Of a DNA stretch of 64,000 nucleotides, positions 28,954-41,980 are shown one piece after another. Source of the DNA: Octopus vulgaris (lineage: Eukaryota); contig OX597814.1 in assembly GCA_951406725.2 (NCBI GenBank), forward strand, positions 125,178,001-125,242,000, written 5' to 3'. Within the stretch, counting starts at the first letter, position 1; every line of letters starts with the position of its first letter. The position numbers and the translations under genes were made by a program. The notes under the pieces were generated by a model, which did no database searches, was not told the DNA's origin, and worked only from the letters and a program-made list of their open reading frames with translations.

Positions 28954-29202
28954 TTAACCCACAAACAAGAGGGTGGTGCTATGGTTCAGGGTCAAAACCC
29001 TTGATGATTATTGGTTAATGTCTCAAGACATCAGTTCCTCATTGTCAAAGCTACATTCACCAAAGATGAATGATAGAGAAGCAGCTTCTTTTAGATGTTA
29101 TCAGCTTTATTACATTATTACATGCACGTATGCTCATGCACACATGCAAATATATAAACACACATGCAATATATATACACACACAAACTACCCCTACCCC
29201 AT

Positions 29203-29435
29203 ATCATCATCATCATCATCATTCTCATCGTTTAATGCCCGCTTTCCATGCTGGCATGGGCTGGACGATTTTGACTGAGGGCTGGTGAACCAGATAGCTG
29301 CACCAGGCTCCAATCTTGATCTGGCAGAGTTTCTACAGCTGGATGCCCTTCCTAATGCCAACCACTCCCAGAATGTAGTGGGTGCTTTTTACATGCCACC
29401 AGTATGGGGACCAGTCAGGCGGTACTGGCAACAAC
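29203..29435 (-). mobile_element. SINE family B
   Basis: Reverse-complement family B tail and body. Confidence 0.88.
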
Positions 29436-29461
29436 CTCTATATATATTCATATATAGCCAA

Positions 29462-29494
<33 letters not shown>

Positions 29495-29500
<6 letters not shown>

Positions 29501-29762
29501 GTTATCGCCATACTAATATGGCATTCTTATAAAAATAAGAATAAAGCTGTCCGCTTATTAGCTCCATGAGGCCATCGCCTTAAGTTAGCTATTTGATACA
29601 CAAACTGTATCCATATAACCTTCGAACAAGGGAGGTCAGTCGCTCCACACTACTTGACCCGCAGCTACAGACGCGTATATTAGTATGGCGATAACTATTA
29701 TTTTCCGGGAACGCTGCCGTTGTTCTCTTTTAGAGAGACTTAGTAATTTTGATATTTCTATT
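29495..29762. repeat. Young insertion in (TA)n with a perfect 25-bp inverted repeat
   Basis: ataatagttatcgccatactaatat (29495-29519) is the reverse complement of 29677-29701. CpG-rich within a CpG-poor region. Confidence 0.8.
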
Positions 29763-29914
29763 ATATATTATATATATATATATATGTATATCCAACCAAT
29801 GCTAAGTCCAACCCATGCTTGAATGGAAAACGGGTGTTAAACGATGATGATGTATATAAATGCATTTGTGTTACACATATATATGTCCTTTCAAATTGTA
29901 GACCAAGTTTAAGC

Positions 29915-30110
29915 TATATTGACACCAAATGCCCACAGTAACAGCTGTTGCACATACAGCCATAAGTATTAGTGACCAGATCATAAATATATTGACATCC
30001 AATGTCTACAGCAACAGCTGTTGTACACACGCACACACAAACATTATATACCAAATTTAAAATATTTTGACATGAAATGTCCACTATAAGAGCTCTTACA
30101 TATTCACACA
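29915..30110. repeat. Degenerate tandem repeat, about 73-bp unit x3
   Basis: tattgacaY.aaatgYcYacagYaacagctgttgYaca repeated. Loosely related reverse-strand arrays at 35200-35490 and 36040-36250. Confidence 0.6.
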
Positions 30111-30780
30111 CACACACATATCAATATTAATTTAACTAAATATATAATAACCTAAACTATCAACAGAACAGACTAATAGATCAAAAGGAATAAAAACCTG
30201 TAATAAAATTAAATTTTTCTTAATTAAATAAGTAGAGGTTAAATATATTGATTTGGATAATTACTAATATATATTTATATTTTTCATTTTTTTATTTTCT
30301 TATTCTTTTGGCAAGTGAGTAGGGATAGAAGTGGTTGTCAGCCTAAAAAAAATAAACCTACATTTCATAAAGAGTGAATAGTAGCATGACCTAGTTTTTC
30401 AGGACTACTACTAGCCATTGTCCTCTGTAGTTGTCATTTAACTTCTAGCTGTTTTTAAAATGAACTTCAAAGACACATATGCTCTCTCACACACACACAA
30501 ACACAAATACAGACACACACACACAGACATACACAAGCTAGTATTTCAGTCTGCAAGAAACTCTTCATCCTTCATGATGTAAATGAATTTATATCAATTT
30601 TGCCTTGAAGAGATTTTTACCTTTTAAATTCATAATACAATTTAATTTAAAAATATGAATGAAGGTAAATCAAGACGTATATAGGCAATATGAAATTGAC
30701 TACTAATATGTAAATATATACTGATTTGTTGTGTTCACACTCTTCATTTTCATTACATGATATATATATGTGTATGTATA

Positions 30781-30843
<63 letters not shown>

Positions 30844-30999
30844 GTAATAATAATAATAATAATAATGATAATAAGGAATATGATTCCAAACTTACAGGGA
30901 GAAATTCAATTTAGTAATACTAAATCAAATTTCACATATAATATATGTATATATGTATATATGTTACAAGGAGTTTTGCATGTATATATATATATATAT

Positions 31000-31600
31000 A
31001 GCATTGGGCCTCATGGAGACAAAAAGGCTAAGATTCTTCTGAGTGTTGGTCCTCACGGAGGCAAGGTGGATGAGTTCCTTTCAAGTGGGCCTCATGGAGG
31101 TGAGGTGTCTGAGTTCATTTCGAGCATTCAGCTAAGCTCCTGGGTTGCTTGGAGGCAATGTGGCTGAATTTCTTTCAAGTGTTGGGCCTCACAGAGGCAA
31201 GGTGGCTGAGTTCCTTTCAAATGGGCCTCACAGAAACAAAGGTGGCTGAGTTCCTTTCAAGCATTAGGCCTCATGGAGGTAAAGTGGTCGAGTTCCTATT
31301 GTGTGTTGGGCCTCATGGAGGCAATAATCAAGACCATGCTTGAGAAGAACACCTATCAAGCCAAGGAAAGTTGCAGATACCAGTGTCAAACAAATGAAAC
31401 CTGTGCTAGTGGCATGTAAATGCATCCATTACACTCTCAGAGTGGTTGGTGTTAGGAGGGGCATCCAGCTGTAGAAACCATGCCAAATCAGACTGGATCC
31501 TGGTGCAGCCTTCCAGCGTGCCAACCAAGTCAAACTGTCCAACTCATGCCAGCATGGACAATGGATGTTAAATGATGAGGATGATGAGGATGATGATGAT
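31000..31600 (+). mobile_element. SINE family B copy with about 40-bp tandem expansion (7-8 units)
   Basis: gggcctcaYggaggcaaggtggctgagttcctttc repeated over 31000-31325, followed by family B body and tail. Confidence 0.85.
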
Positions 31601-31607
31601 AATGATA

Positions 31608-31638
<31 letters not shown>

Positions 31639-31686
31639 ATCATCATCATCATCATCTTCATCGTTTAACATCTGTTTTCCATGCTA

Positions 31687-31731
<45 letters not shown>

Positions 31732-31736
<5 letters not shown>

Positions 31737-32605
31737 GATGAGCTAATTGTTGCCATTTTATATTTTTAATTTCGCACCTGCACATTGTTTGGTTTTGATT
31801 TTGTTGACTATACAGTACAGTAGGGTCAGTTTGGCACTGTCTGTGAGTAAAACAGCACCATGACACAATTCACTCTGCCAGAAATTTGGTAATGACATGC
31901 TGCACTGCTTGGCATTCATGCTGGAAGTGCCAATACGAACATTTCAGAATGTTTGGGTGCCAATCTGAGGACAGCGCAATCTGAGGATATGTACCAAGAG
32001 TGATGAAAATCAAACATCTAGTCAACATCAAGGTGCTTGGAGTGATCACTAGTGATGGTGACATTATGCCTCCATTCATCTTTCCACACAGCTTCAGACG
32101 CAACACTGAGGCCTACATCAAGTGTCTGCAGAAGGTAGTGCTGCCCTGGGTCAAGAGGGTGGCTTCTGGAAGACCCTGTGTCTGGCAAGAGTACTCTGTG
32201 CCATGCCACACAAGCAAGAGAACCCAATCATGGCTATCAGACAATTTCTGTGACCCTTAATATCTGGCCACCTAACTCCCCAGACAGCAACCCCCTTGAT
32301 CATTATGTGTGGGGCACAGTTGAGAAAGAGACCAACAAAACTCCTTGTAGCACCAAAGATGAACTGAAGACAAAGATTATGGCAACATTCACCAACTCAA
32401 ACAAAGAGTCCATCCAGAAGTGTTGCAGGAGATTCCAAAGTCGTCTGGAGGTCGTGGTTGACGCCAATGGCAATTTTATTGAATAAATTTACTCTTTAGT
32501 ATTTCAAAATATTTTTATGTCATTTTGGTAAATATATCTGTCAAAATGAGATGTCAGTGTTAGTTTCACTTATGCATAATTTAGACGACGGTCTATTTAC
32601 CATAC

Positions 32606-32609
<4 letters not shown>
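31732..32609 (+). mobile_element. Internally deleted Tc1/mariner-superfamily (maT/DD37D-type) transposon
   Basis: N-terminal HTH remnant at 31860 fused to VLGVITSDG..MPPFIF...LPWVKRVASGRP.VWQ...PCHTSKRTQSWL...WPPNSPDSNPLDHYVW...RFQSRLEVVVDANGNFIE. Right end ...ataccctg. Confidence 0.9.
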
Positions 32610-32645
<36 letters not shown>

Positions 32646-33335
32646 TATACATTATATATATATATGCACATTCACACACAAATATGATGAGCTTCCTTCA
32701 GTTTACATCCCCTCACTAGGCTTTAGTTGCCCTATGGTTATAATAAAAGACATTTGCCTTCAGGTGTGACACATGACCGGGAAGCAAACTTATTAAACAC
32801 ACAGCCACACTTATACATATATGTATGAATGTATGTATGCATTTAATGTATGTATGTATGACCATATGTGCGTGCGAGTGCATTATCTGAATTGTTGCTT
32901 AAGGGCAAATGATAGTAATTCTTACTTAACCTCCAGGACAGTGCAGGTTTCTGCAATATGTTAAGCAACAATTTACACATGTTGATGACTGAAGAAAAAA
33001 GATTGGCAAGGTAGGATTAGGAGAAAGCTGGCTTCATGGTGAAGAAGCTTACTTCCTAATCATATGGTCTCACATTCAGTTCCACTATGCAGAACCTTGA
33101 ACAAATGTCATTTACTTTAGCCCCAGGCTGACCAACCAAAGCATTGTAATTGATTTGATAATTTGGTTGGTAGAAGCTCTCAGAAACCTGTCACTTATAC
33201 ATGTGTATATATATTGTGTGTGTGTATGCATGCTTGTATGCATGTATATATATATGTGTATATATATATATAAATATATATATAAATATATATATGCGTG
33301 TGTGTGTGTGTTGTGATATGTGAATGCATGTGTAC

Positions 33336-33415
<80 letters not shown>

Positions 33416-33599
33416 TTGTACAGAGTAGCAACACTAAGCAGTGATGTATATAAATACAAACTTGTTTCCAGTTTAAATTTGCTTCAGGCATATTTGAAAC
33501 TGTAAGACATCTACTGTATATTATCATGGAGAAAATGTCTTGCTGTACACAAATCAGTGCATGTAACACCAAATTAGTTCACAGCACTCTTTAACTAGA

Positions 33600-33647
33600 C
33601 TGTTGGATGCATGCATTCCAGAGTGGTTATCTCCTCTTCAGCAGCAG
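33600..33647 (-). ncRNA. Minimal type I hammerhead ribozyme (decayed, A13>G)
   Basis: Minus strand: CTGCTG-CTGAAGA-GGAG(ataacca)CTCT-GGA-ATGCATGCAT-C-CAACAG. Stems I and II pair; stem III is a perfect 10-nt palindrome. Confidence 0.75.
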
Positions 33648-34044
33648 ACCCTGGAACGGCAGACTCTGAGTACTAACATGATATTTTGGTTTGTATTTTT
33701 TTTTTTGTTTTTCTTGATGTCAACCACTTTACAAAGGGCACTGAGTGCATTTACCCATGGCACCAATAACAGAGAGAGACTGTAAGTCCCTAGTAAGACA
33801 AAACAAATGAGATCTCTTAACCTTACTTTCCTCTGCTTATCCACCAATCATTCCAGTACATGCATGTTGGTGGGGTAGCTTTCTGTTGTAGCCCCAGGTA
33901 CAGAAGAATTGGGGTACCTTGGAAGCTATTATGTTTAAGAGTACTCAGTAACCAAAGATGTGATAGCAGCTATTACATGCTTCAGGGATAACTGAGCATC
34001 TAACACCTGTAATTAATAATATATGTCTAGTAAAGGTGCTGGCA

Positions 34045-34635
34045 TAGCTATCTAGTAAAAAGCTTGCTTCCCAATCACATGGTTATGGGTTCAGTCCCAG
34101 TGTGTGGCACCTTAGGCAAGTGGCTTCTAATATAGCCTCGAGCTGACTAAAGCCATGTGAGTGGATTTTGTAGGTGGAAACTGGAAGAAGCCCATCATAT
34201 GTGTGTGTGTGTGTGTGTCATTGTGTCTGTGTTTGTCCCTCACTACCACTTGACAACTGGTGTTGGTGTGTTTATGTCCCCCATAACTTAGCAGTTCAGC
34301 AAAAGTGATTGACAAAATAAATACCAGGCTTAAAAATATATACTGGGTTTCAGTTCATGTAAAAATTCTTCACGGCACTGCCCCAGCATGGTCACAGTCT
34401 GAAACAAGTAAAAGATAAGTAAAAGTGGTGAGCTTGCAGAACTGTTTGCTTGGTGGGCAAAATGCTTTATGGAGTTTCTGCTGGCTTTACGTTCTGTGTT
34501 CAAATTCTGCTGGGGTAGACTTTACTTTTTGTCCTTTCAGGGTTAATAAAATAAGTACCAGTTGATCCTTGTAGCTGATATATTTGATTAGATCCCACAC
34601 TTAAACATTTCAGGCCTTGTGCCTAAACTAGAAAC
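34045..34635 (+). mobile_element. SINE family A-related copy followed by a family C-related copy
   Basis: Diverged matches to both families. Confidence 0.75.
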
Positions 34636-34704
34636 AATTAATTTATGTCTACACATTCAACCCTTTAGTCTTCAGATTACCAAATGCAATGCTTATTCAT
34701 TCAT

Positions 34705-34718
34705 TATCCTCCTCCTCC

Positions 34719-34749
<31 letters not shown>

Positions 34750-34760
34750 TATCCTCCTCC

Positions 34761-34803
<43 letters not shown>

Positions 34804-34870
34804 CCTCATCATCCTCATCCTCATCATCATCATCATCATCATCATCATCGTCATCGTCATCGTCACCACT

Positions 34871-34909
<39 letters not shown>

Positions 34910-35060
34910 GTCATCGTCATCGTCATCGTTTAATGTCCATTTTCCATGCTGGCATGGGTTGGATGACTTGACAGGAGCTGGGGAGTTGGGGAGCTGGGCG
35001 GACTGCAATTGTTTGTTGTGGCATGGTTTCTACAGCTGGATGCTCTTCCTAACACCAACC
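34705..35060 (-). repeat. About 220-bp (CAT/CCT/CGT)n array continuous with a SINE B tail
   Basis: Array abuts cgtttaatgtccattttccatgctggcatggg. Confidence 0.92.
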
Positions 35061-35489
35061 TAAAGTATTGTTTTTAATTAATCCTGTATTATCTGGTAGG
35101 TCATTGTAGGATAGGTATGAAACACCAGATTTGGTGGGTTTGAACAAAACAAGTAGAATATTCGAACTGGATATGGGTGATTTAAATGCCAAAGGGTTAA
35201 GGCTGTGTGTAATACCTGTAGAAATTTGTTGTTAATTATTGATACATGTCAACACGTGTGTAATAGCAGTAAATATTTGGTGTGAATTATCAATGTATTT
35301 TTATACCTTTATATATATGTAGAATCTCTTGACATTTGATCTCAATTATTAATGCCTGTGCACACATATATGTATGTGTTTAATAATTGTAGCCATTTTT
35401 TTCTTAATTATTAATGCATGTGTGTAATAGTCATTAATGAATGTGTGTAAAAGCTGTTGATATTTGATGTGGAGTATTAATGTATATCA

Positions 35490-36032
35490 TCATTATCATC
35501 ATCATCGTTATTTAACGTCCGCTTTCCATGCTAGCATGGGTTGGACGATTTGATTGAGGGCTGGTGAACTAGATGGCTGCAACAGGCTCCAATCTTGATC
35601 TGGCAGAGTTTCTACAGCTGGATGCCCTTCCTAACACCAACCATTCTGAGAGTGTAGTGGGTGCTTTTTATATGTCACTGGCACAGGGGCCAGTCAGGCG
35701 GTACTGGCAATGACCTCGCTCGAATTTTTTACACATGGCACTGGCACAGGTGCCAGAAAGGCGATGTTGGTAATACTCACACTCGAATGGTGCCCTTTTA
35801 CATGCCACCGGCATGGAAGCCAATTGGCTGCTCTGGCAACGATCACGCTCAGATGGTGCTCTTAGCACCCTACTTGCACGGGCACAAGTGCCAGTAAGGC
35901 GACGCTGGTAACGATCACACTCGAATGGTGCCTTTTATGTGCCAGTGGCACAGGAACCGGTTAGCCGCTCTGTCAACAATCACACTCGTATGGTGCTCTT
36001 TGCACCCCACTAGCGCGGATGCTAGTCATCGA
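35490..36032 (-). mobile_element. SINE family B with multiple internal modules
   Basis: Family B tail plus 5-6 related palindromic modules. Confidence 0.9.
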
Positions 36033-36499
36033 ACCCATTTATGTATATGTGTAACAACCTCGAACATATGGTGTTAATTGTATTCTAGATGTGGTTTACA
36101 AAGTCTATGAATGTGTTTGTATAAGATCTGAGATGATGGATATTCAATGTGGTCTACAGTGCTAATGTGCATGTTTGTGCAAGAAATGTTATTGAGAATA
36201 TTTAATGTTGAACTTTTGGAGGACACCTACAATGTCTGTTTGTAGCAGTAAGACTACTCTCTTTGTTTTTCTTTTAGTTTTTACAAATAAAACTCCGTAA
36301 GCTGCTATTAATGAGCTTCTGTCTTTGAGGAAATCTGTAATCCCAATTAATATTATATTTCAACTTATTATTAAAATACTATAATTAACATTGAGAAAAG
36401 TTCCCAGTAAGATCCAAATACAGATGCACACACATATATTTCTGTACATAAATATGCATATATATGGATATATATATATATATATATCTAAATTTTTTT

Positions 36500-37215
36500 T
36501 TTTCTCTAGTTTCAGCTCAGAGCTGCGGTAATGCTGATGCACTGCCGTTTTGTGCTACACTGTTATTACGAAGAACCTCGTCTAATATGTGGCACTTGGT
36601 GAAGAATTGAGTTTGATATAGCTACTCTCATTTGCACCTCTTGCCGTGAGGTAGGTTCATCTGGGACTGTCGACAGGAAGATGTCCAGCTTTGATTTAAA
36701 AACTGCTACATGTACTTTGTGCAAGTTCCTCAGACTCTTTGGGAGAATATTAAAAAGCTGTGGGCCCTTGAAACCCAGGCTGTTGCAGAAGCTGGTCCTG
36801 AAGCGTGATGGCATTGCTGGGATCTTTGGCACTATGCAGTGTCGTCCCGTTCTAGCATTGGTGTAGCTTACAATGCCAAAATTTGGCACAATTCTTTCCA
36901 GGATCTTCCAGACATATATTACTGCATACCTCTCCCATCTTCTCTCCAGGGAGTAGAGTCTTAGCTGTTTCAACCTTTCCCAGTAGCTGAGCTGTTGCAA
37001 AGAGACGATCTTCTTTGTGAATCTTCTCTGGATTGCTTCAAGGTCCGCTGTTAATTTTACACTGGTGGGTGACCATAGTTGTGAGCAGTAATCCAGGTGG
37101 CTGAGGACGAATGTCCACCAGAGGACCATCATGGTTTCCTTATCTCTGGTTCTGAATGTTCTTAGGATCCACCCAGCCAGTCGTCTGCACTTTGTCGCCA
37201 TCTTGGTAATGTGCA
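36500..37215 (-). mobile_element. 5'-truncated CR1-group LINE (ORF2 C-terminus plus 3' UTR)
   Basis: 216-aa ORF 36566-37216: [11 protein letters not shown]...[10 protein letters not shown]...[10 protein letters not shown]...[17 protein letters not shown]...[10 protein letters not shown]...FKSKLDIFL. 3' UTR ends in a stem-loop and A-rich tail. Confidence 0.93.
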
Positions 37216-37241
37216 TATATATATATATATGTATGTATGTG

Positions 37242-37291
<50 letters not shown>

Positions 37292-37347
37292 TGTATGTAT
37301 GTATATATATATGTATGTATGTATGTATTTATGTATGTATGGATATA

Positions 37348-37394
<47 letters not shown>

Positions 37395-37530
37395 GTGTGT
37401 GTGTGTATGTATTTATATATATATATATTATATTATATTATATTAAAGGAAAGAAAAAGAAACAAACACAGCACATAAATACAAATATATATATACAAAA
37501 CATACGAATACTTACATATATATGTAAGTA

Positions 37531-37590
37531 TATTCCACTGAAGAGGCAAAGCATTTCTTATGCAAAGCCAGAAATCTGGAATCTGGAATA
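37531..37590 (+). ncRNA. Minimal type I hammerhead ribozyme in a pLTR-like repeat
   Basis: TATTCCA-CTGAAGA-GGC...GCC-A-GAAA-TCTGGA-ATC-TGGAATA. 7-bp perfect stem I, canonical core boxes, AUC triplet. Confidence 0.75.
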
Positions 37591-37810
37591 ATCCAGTAAT
37601 TTTTTTGCTAGTTTATTTTGTCTTTTTGTCTTCTCTCCTGGTTCAGTATGAACATTTAATGTGGTTTTAGAGTCAAGTTTTGGATGCTATTTCAAGCATG
37701 GTGGTATCTCTTAGATACCCTAAATTATAATTTTAAAAATAATTATTGTTTTTATTCCCTTGCTGGCCACTTGATAAGTTCGATATTTAAATAATGATCT
37801 TATTCTTATT

Positions 37811-37842
<32 letters not shown>

Positions 37843-37853
37843 CATAACTATAT

Positions 37854-37913
<60 letters not shown>

Positions 37914-38379
37914 ATACATACACATATATATATATGTATACATCCATATATATATACATACATATGTCTGTATGTATTTAAATGTGTGTGTGTGTGTGTG
38001 TGTGAATGTTCAGATTCGATGTGTTTTTAAATTATATCATTTGAGGAAAATGCTGAGATCTTCCTTATTTCCCCAATAAATAATGCAGCCTGTAACTCTG
38101 CAAGCAAGGTGATAGTCCTCCATGACAAGACATATTTCCATGTGGTGTTAAAACAAAGACACGCAAACATACACATACATATATATACATCAATTTACCA
38201 TCTATTGCTCTATGTTGACATGGGTTGGACAGTCTGAAAGGTGCCCGCAAACCAGAGGACATGCATTAAGCTCTGCTATTTGCTTTGGCATGGTTTCTGC
38301 TGCTGGATACATTTCCTAATGCCAACAACTTTAGAGTGTACTGGGTGCTTTTTTATGTGGCACCAGCAGCAGCTGTAAA

Positions 38380-38923
38380 ATCTACTCACAAGGCTTTTGT
38401 TAGCCAGTGCAAGGGACTATAGTAGAAGAGACTTACCCAAGCTGCTGTGCAATGGAACTGAACCCAAAAGCATGCAGTTGGAAAGCAAACTTCTTAACCA
38501 CACAGTCAAGCTTATTATTTCCTTTCATATAACTATATTAGCGCAGAAGTGGCTGTGTGGTAAGTAGCTTGCTTACCAACCACATGGTTCTGAATTCAGT
38601 CCCACTGCGTGGCACCTTGGGCAAGTGTCTTCTACTATAGCCTCAAGCTGACCAAAGCCTTGTGAGTGGATTTGGTAGACTGAAATTGAAAGAAGCCCAT
38701 CGTATATATGTATAAATATATATGTATGTGTGTCTGTGTCCCCGCAACATAGCTTCTCAACCGATGCTGGTGTGTTTATGTCCCCGTATCCTAGCGGTTT
38801 GGCAAAACAGACCGATAGAATAAGTACTAGGCTTACAAAGAATAAGTCCTGGGGTCAATTTGCTCAACTAAAGGCGGTGCTCCAGCATGACCGCCGTCAA
38901 ATAACTGAAACAAGTAAAGAGAG
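38380..38923. mobile_element. Head-to-head pair of SINE family A copies
   Basis: Partial minus copy 38380-38510 and full plus copy 38540-38923. Confidence 0.85.
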
Positions 38924-39486
38924 TATTGGAATAGCTCTCTGTTTTTAGTATATAATTTTACCTATGAGACAGTTACCTGTTATGAGGCAAGTGATAAAGG
39001 TGTAGCACACCAACACCATCTTCATCAGTGGTTATGTAATTATTTCTTTCAGAACATTTTGGAATCGTCCATTATCGAGATCACTTTAGGGAAGCAATTT
39101 CGAGGGGATTAAAAAGAGAGCTAGAAGGCCATTTAAACCTGGAGGTGAATTCATACAAGATTTTATTAATTCAACCACATGCTGTTTAGTCAAGTCCATG
39201 TCGGTGCTTAGTTGGTGTTAGTTGGAGTTATCTGCCAGAAGATCAACTCTTGTGTTTTGAACTTTATTTCCTTCCATATCTATTGCAAAAGAGGAAAAAG
39301 ATATTTCCAAAGTTTTCTAGGTTAGAAATGGAGTAATATGCTGGAAAATGGATGTGGTCTGGGAAATTAATGTTAAACTTACATGGAATGTTAAAATATG
39401 AAAAAATCGTTGGAAAGAATGGTAATGCCATCGGATATATAGGAATTTGTCCCACTTGAAGTTAGAATAATGAAATTTTATTGAAA

Positions 39487-39530
<44 letters not shown>

Positions 39531-40679
39531 TGTATATATAGTATATATACATACATATATATATACATATATATATATATACACACACTCATATGTGTAT
39601 ATACATATATATATATCACACACATATATGTGAATATACATATATACATATACACTCACATATATATGGATATACTTATACATATACATAAATAATATAT
39701 ATATGTACATATATATGGGTTGAGGTATGTATCCACATTTACTATTATGTACGCATATTGCTTTTTTGCTTTTATAATGTATTGTTAAAGTCTGACATGT
39801 ATGCACATATATATATACATACACACACACACAGACACATATATATATATATATACCCACATATATCATCATCATCATCATATATATATATATAATATAT
39901 ATATATATATAGATAGATAGATAGATAGATACATACATACATACATACATACATAAATACATATGTATATATGAATGTAGATTGATAAATAGACAGATAA
40001 ATGGACAGACATGTATGTAGGTAGGAAGGTGGGTGCTTGTGTGCATGTATATGTGTGTATACGTCCATACATGTGCGTATGCATGTGTGCATGTGTACAT
40101 ATGTATGTGTACGTGAGTTGCAGTTTTTGAGGTAAGTAGCGATATTACGTGACATAAACAATATTTTACAGATAAATTCTTTCTGTTACAAAAGACTACA
40201 TCAGTTATCACTGTCCTGCAAAAGGCTAAAACCTAACACATATGTCTGGCAGCCAGGCAGCAATTCAGTTGGAAATATACTGGAGATTTGACAGAGACGC
40301 ATCGCCCACTTATAAAAGCTAGGGGTTACTTCATAAATTTAGGCCATAGCATCTAAAATAGTAGTTATATCCCAAAGATAAAAATACTGTAAGTCACAGA
40401 AAATGTTGTTGTTCATTTTTCTATATATTATGATAAGTCTAAGATATAGAAGGAAGAAAACCAGAAAGTTGGCATATTTATTCCAAGTATTTCTGCAATT
40501 TCTTCAATAGACACCAATTCAATAATCGATAGGAATCACCCCAAAATTCAGATTGAAAGAAATCAATAACAATTTAGTGAGATTCTGGTGATTTATTGAA
40601 TAAATAAATAGATTTCAGAATGGATGTTTGTTGAATGGCGGAGTTATGTCTGTATATGTGTGGTTTAACTTGAATGGAA

Positions 40680-41505
40680 ATAGTCTATACAGTATAGTTA
40701 ATATCTTGTACCATACTGACTCTACTGACTGTATACTAGCACAGTATATGTGATCCACTTTAGTATTCAGTATATGTGATGTACTGTGCTGTTCAGTAAT
40801 TGTAATAAATTGTATAACATATGCAATAGACTGTACTGTACAGTATAATATACAACTAGTATACTGTTCAGTAGGTGTACGGATGTATTGTACTGACTGC
40901 ACAGGACACTCTATGTGGTGTTCTGTAATGTTTAGTAAAATGTGATTTTTCCATTCTGTTCAATAGATGTGATATCATGTGATACCATGTGATCATATGA
41001 TCGACCAGGCTGTCTGTCGGATGTTGTTATAATTCACTAGTCACAATGTCCTTTGCTTCATTTTAGGTTTCGAATGATGCCTCCCCAATGGCTAGCTGAA
41101 GCAGGCCAACATTGCCCCCCCCCCCCACCACCACCACCACCGCTGCTGACGCCGCCACCACCACCACCACCATCACCACCACTGCCACCACCACCACAAC
41201 CACCACTGATCAGAAGGCTAGTCTGTCACAAGGTATCCATTTACAGCTGAATAAACTGGAGCAATGTGAAATGAACAGTTTTACTCAAGAACACAATGTG
41301 CAGCCAGTCTGGGAATTGAAACCATGATCTTATGATCATTAGCTCAACACTCTAACCACTAGACCATGCGCCTTCACAGATGTGATATACTGTATAAGGA
41401 ATGTGATAAACTGTACTATATATGGTGTGTGAGTTTACTATTCAGTAGATGTGACGTATTGTACTGTTCTGTACGAACTGTACAACATATGTAATGTATA
41501 ACATA
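40680..41505. repeat. Degenerate minisatellite interrupted by a minus-strand SINE (about 40980-41380)
   Basis: Recurring ctgtactgttcagtagatgtgat-like units on both sides of the insert. Confidence 0.6.
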
Positions 41506-41506
41506 T

Positions 41507-41980
41507 ACTGCCAGTGGCACGTAAAAAGCACCATTCGAGCATGATCATTACCAGCATTGGCTTACTGGCACTTGTGACCTGCTGTGCTTGAGGAGACCTA
41601 TTGAGTCAAGTGCATCAATATCAAAATAAATATCAAATGGAAATTGTAGTTGTGATACCCATGCTGGTGGCACGTAAAAAGCACCATCTGAACGTGGCTG
41701 ATGCCAGCGCCACCTTGACTGGCGCCCATGCCGGTGGCATGTGAAAAGCACCAACTGATCATAGACGTTGCCAGCCTCCTCTGGTCTCTGTGCCGGTGGC
41801 ATGTAAAAAGCACCCACTGCACACATGGAGTGGTTAGCATTAGGAAGGGCATCCATCTGTAGAAACACTGCCTGATCAGACTAGAGCCTGGTACTGCCTC
41901 CTGGCTTCCCAGACCCCGGTTGAACCGTCCAACCCATGCTAGCATGAAAAACGAACGTTAAATGATGATGATGATGATGA
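41507..41980 (+). mobile_element. SINE family B
   Basis: Modules, body and (GAT)n tail. Confidence 0.9.

Noticed and set aside
31000-31325. Regular about 40-bp repeats resembling a CRISPR array
   Set aside because: Contiguous degenerate tandem units without unique spacers, inside a SINE, in a eukaryote with no cas genes.
33603-33785. ORF/exon-like LLDACIPEWLSPLQQQTLERQ
   Set aside because: Better explained as the antisense of the hammerhead at 33600-33647.
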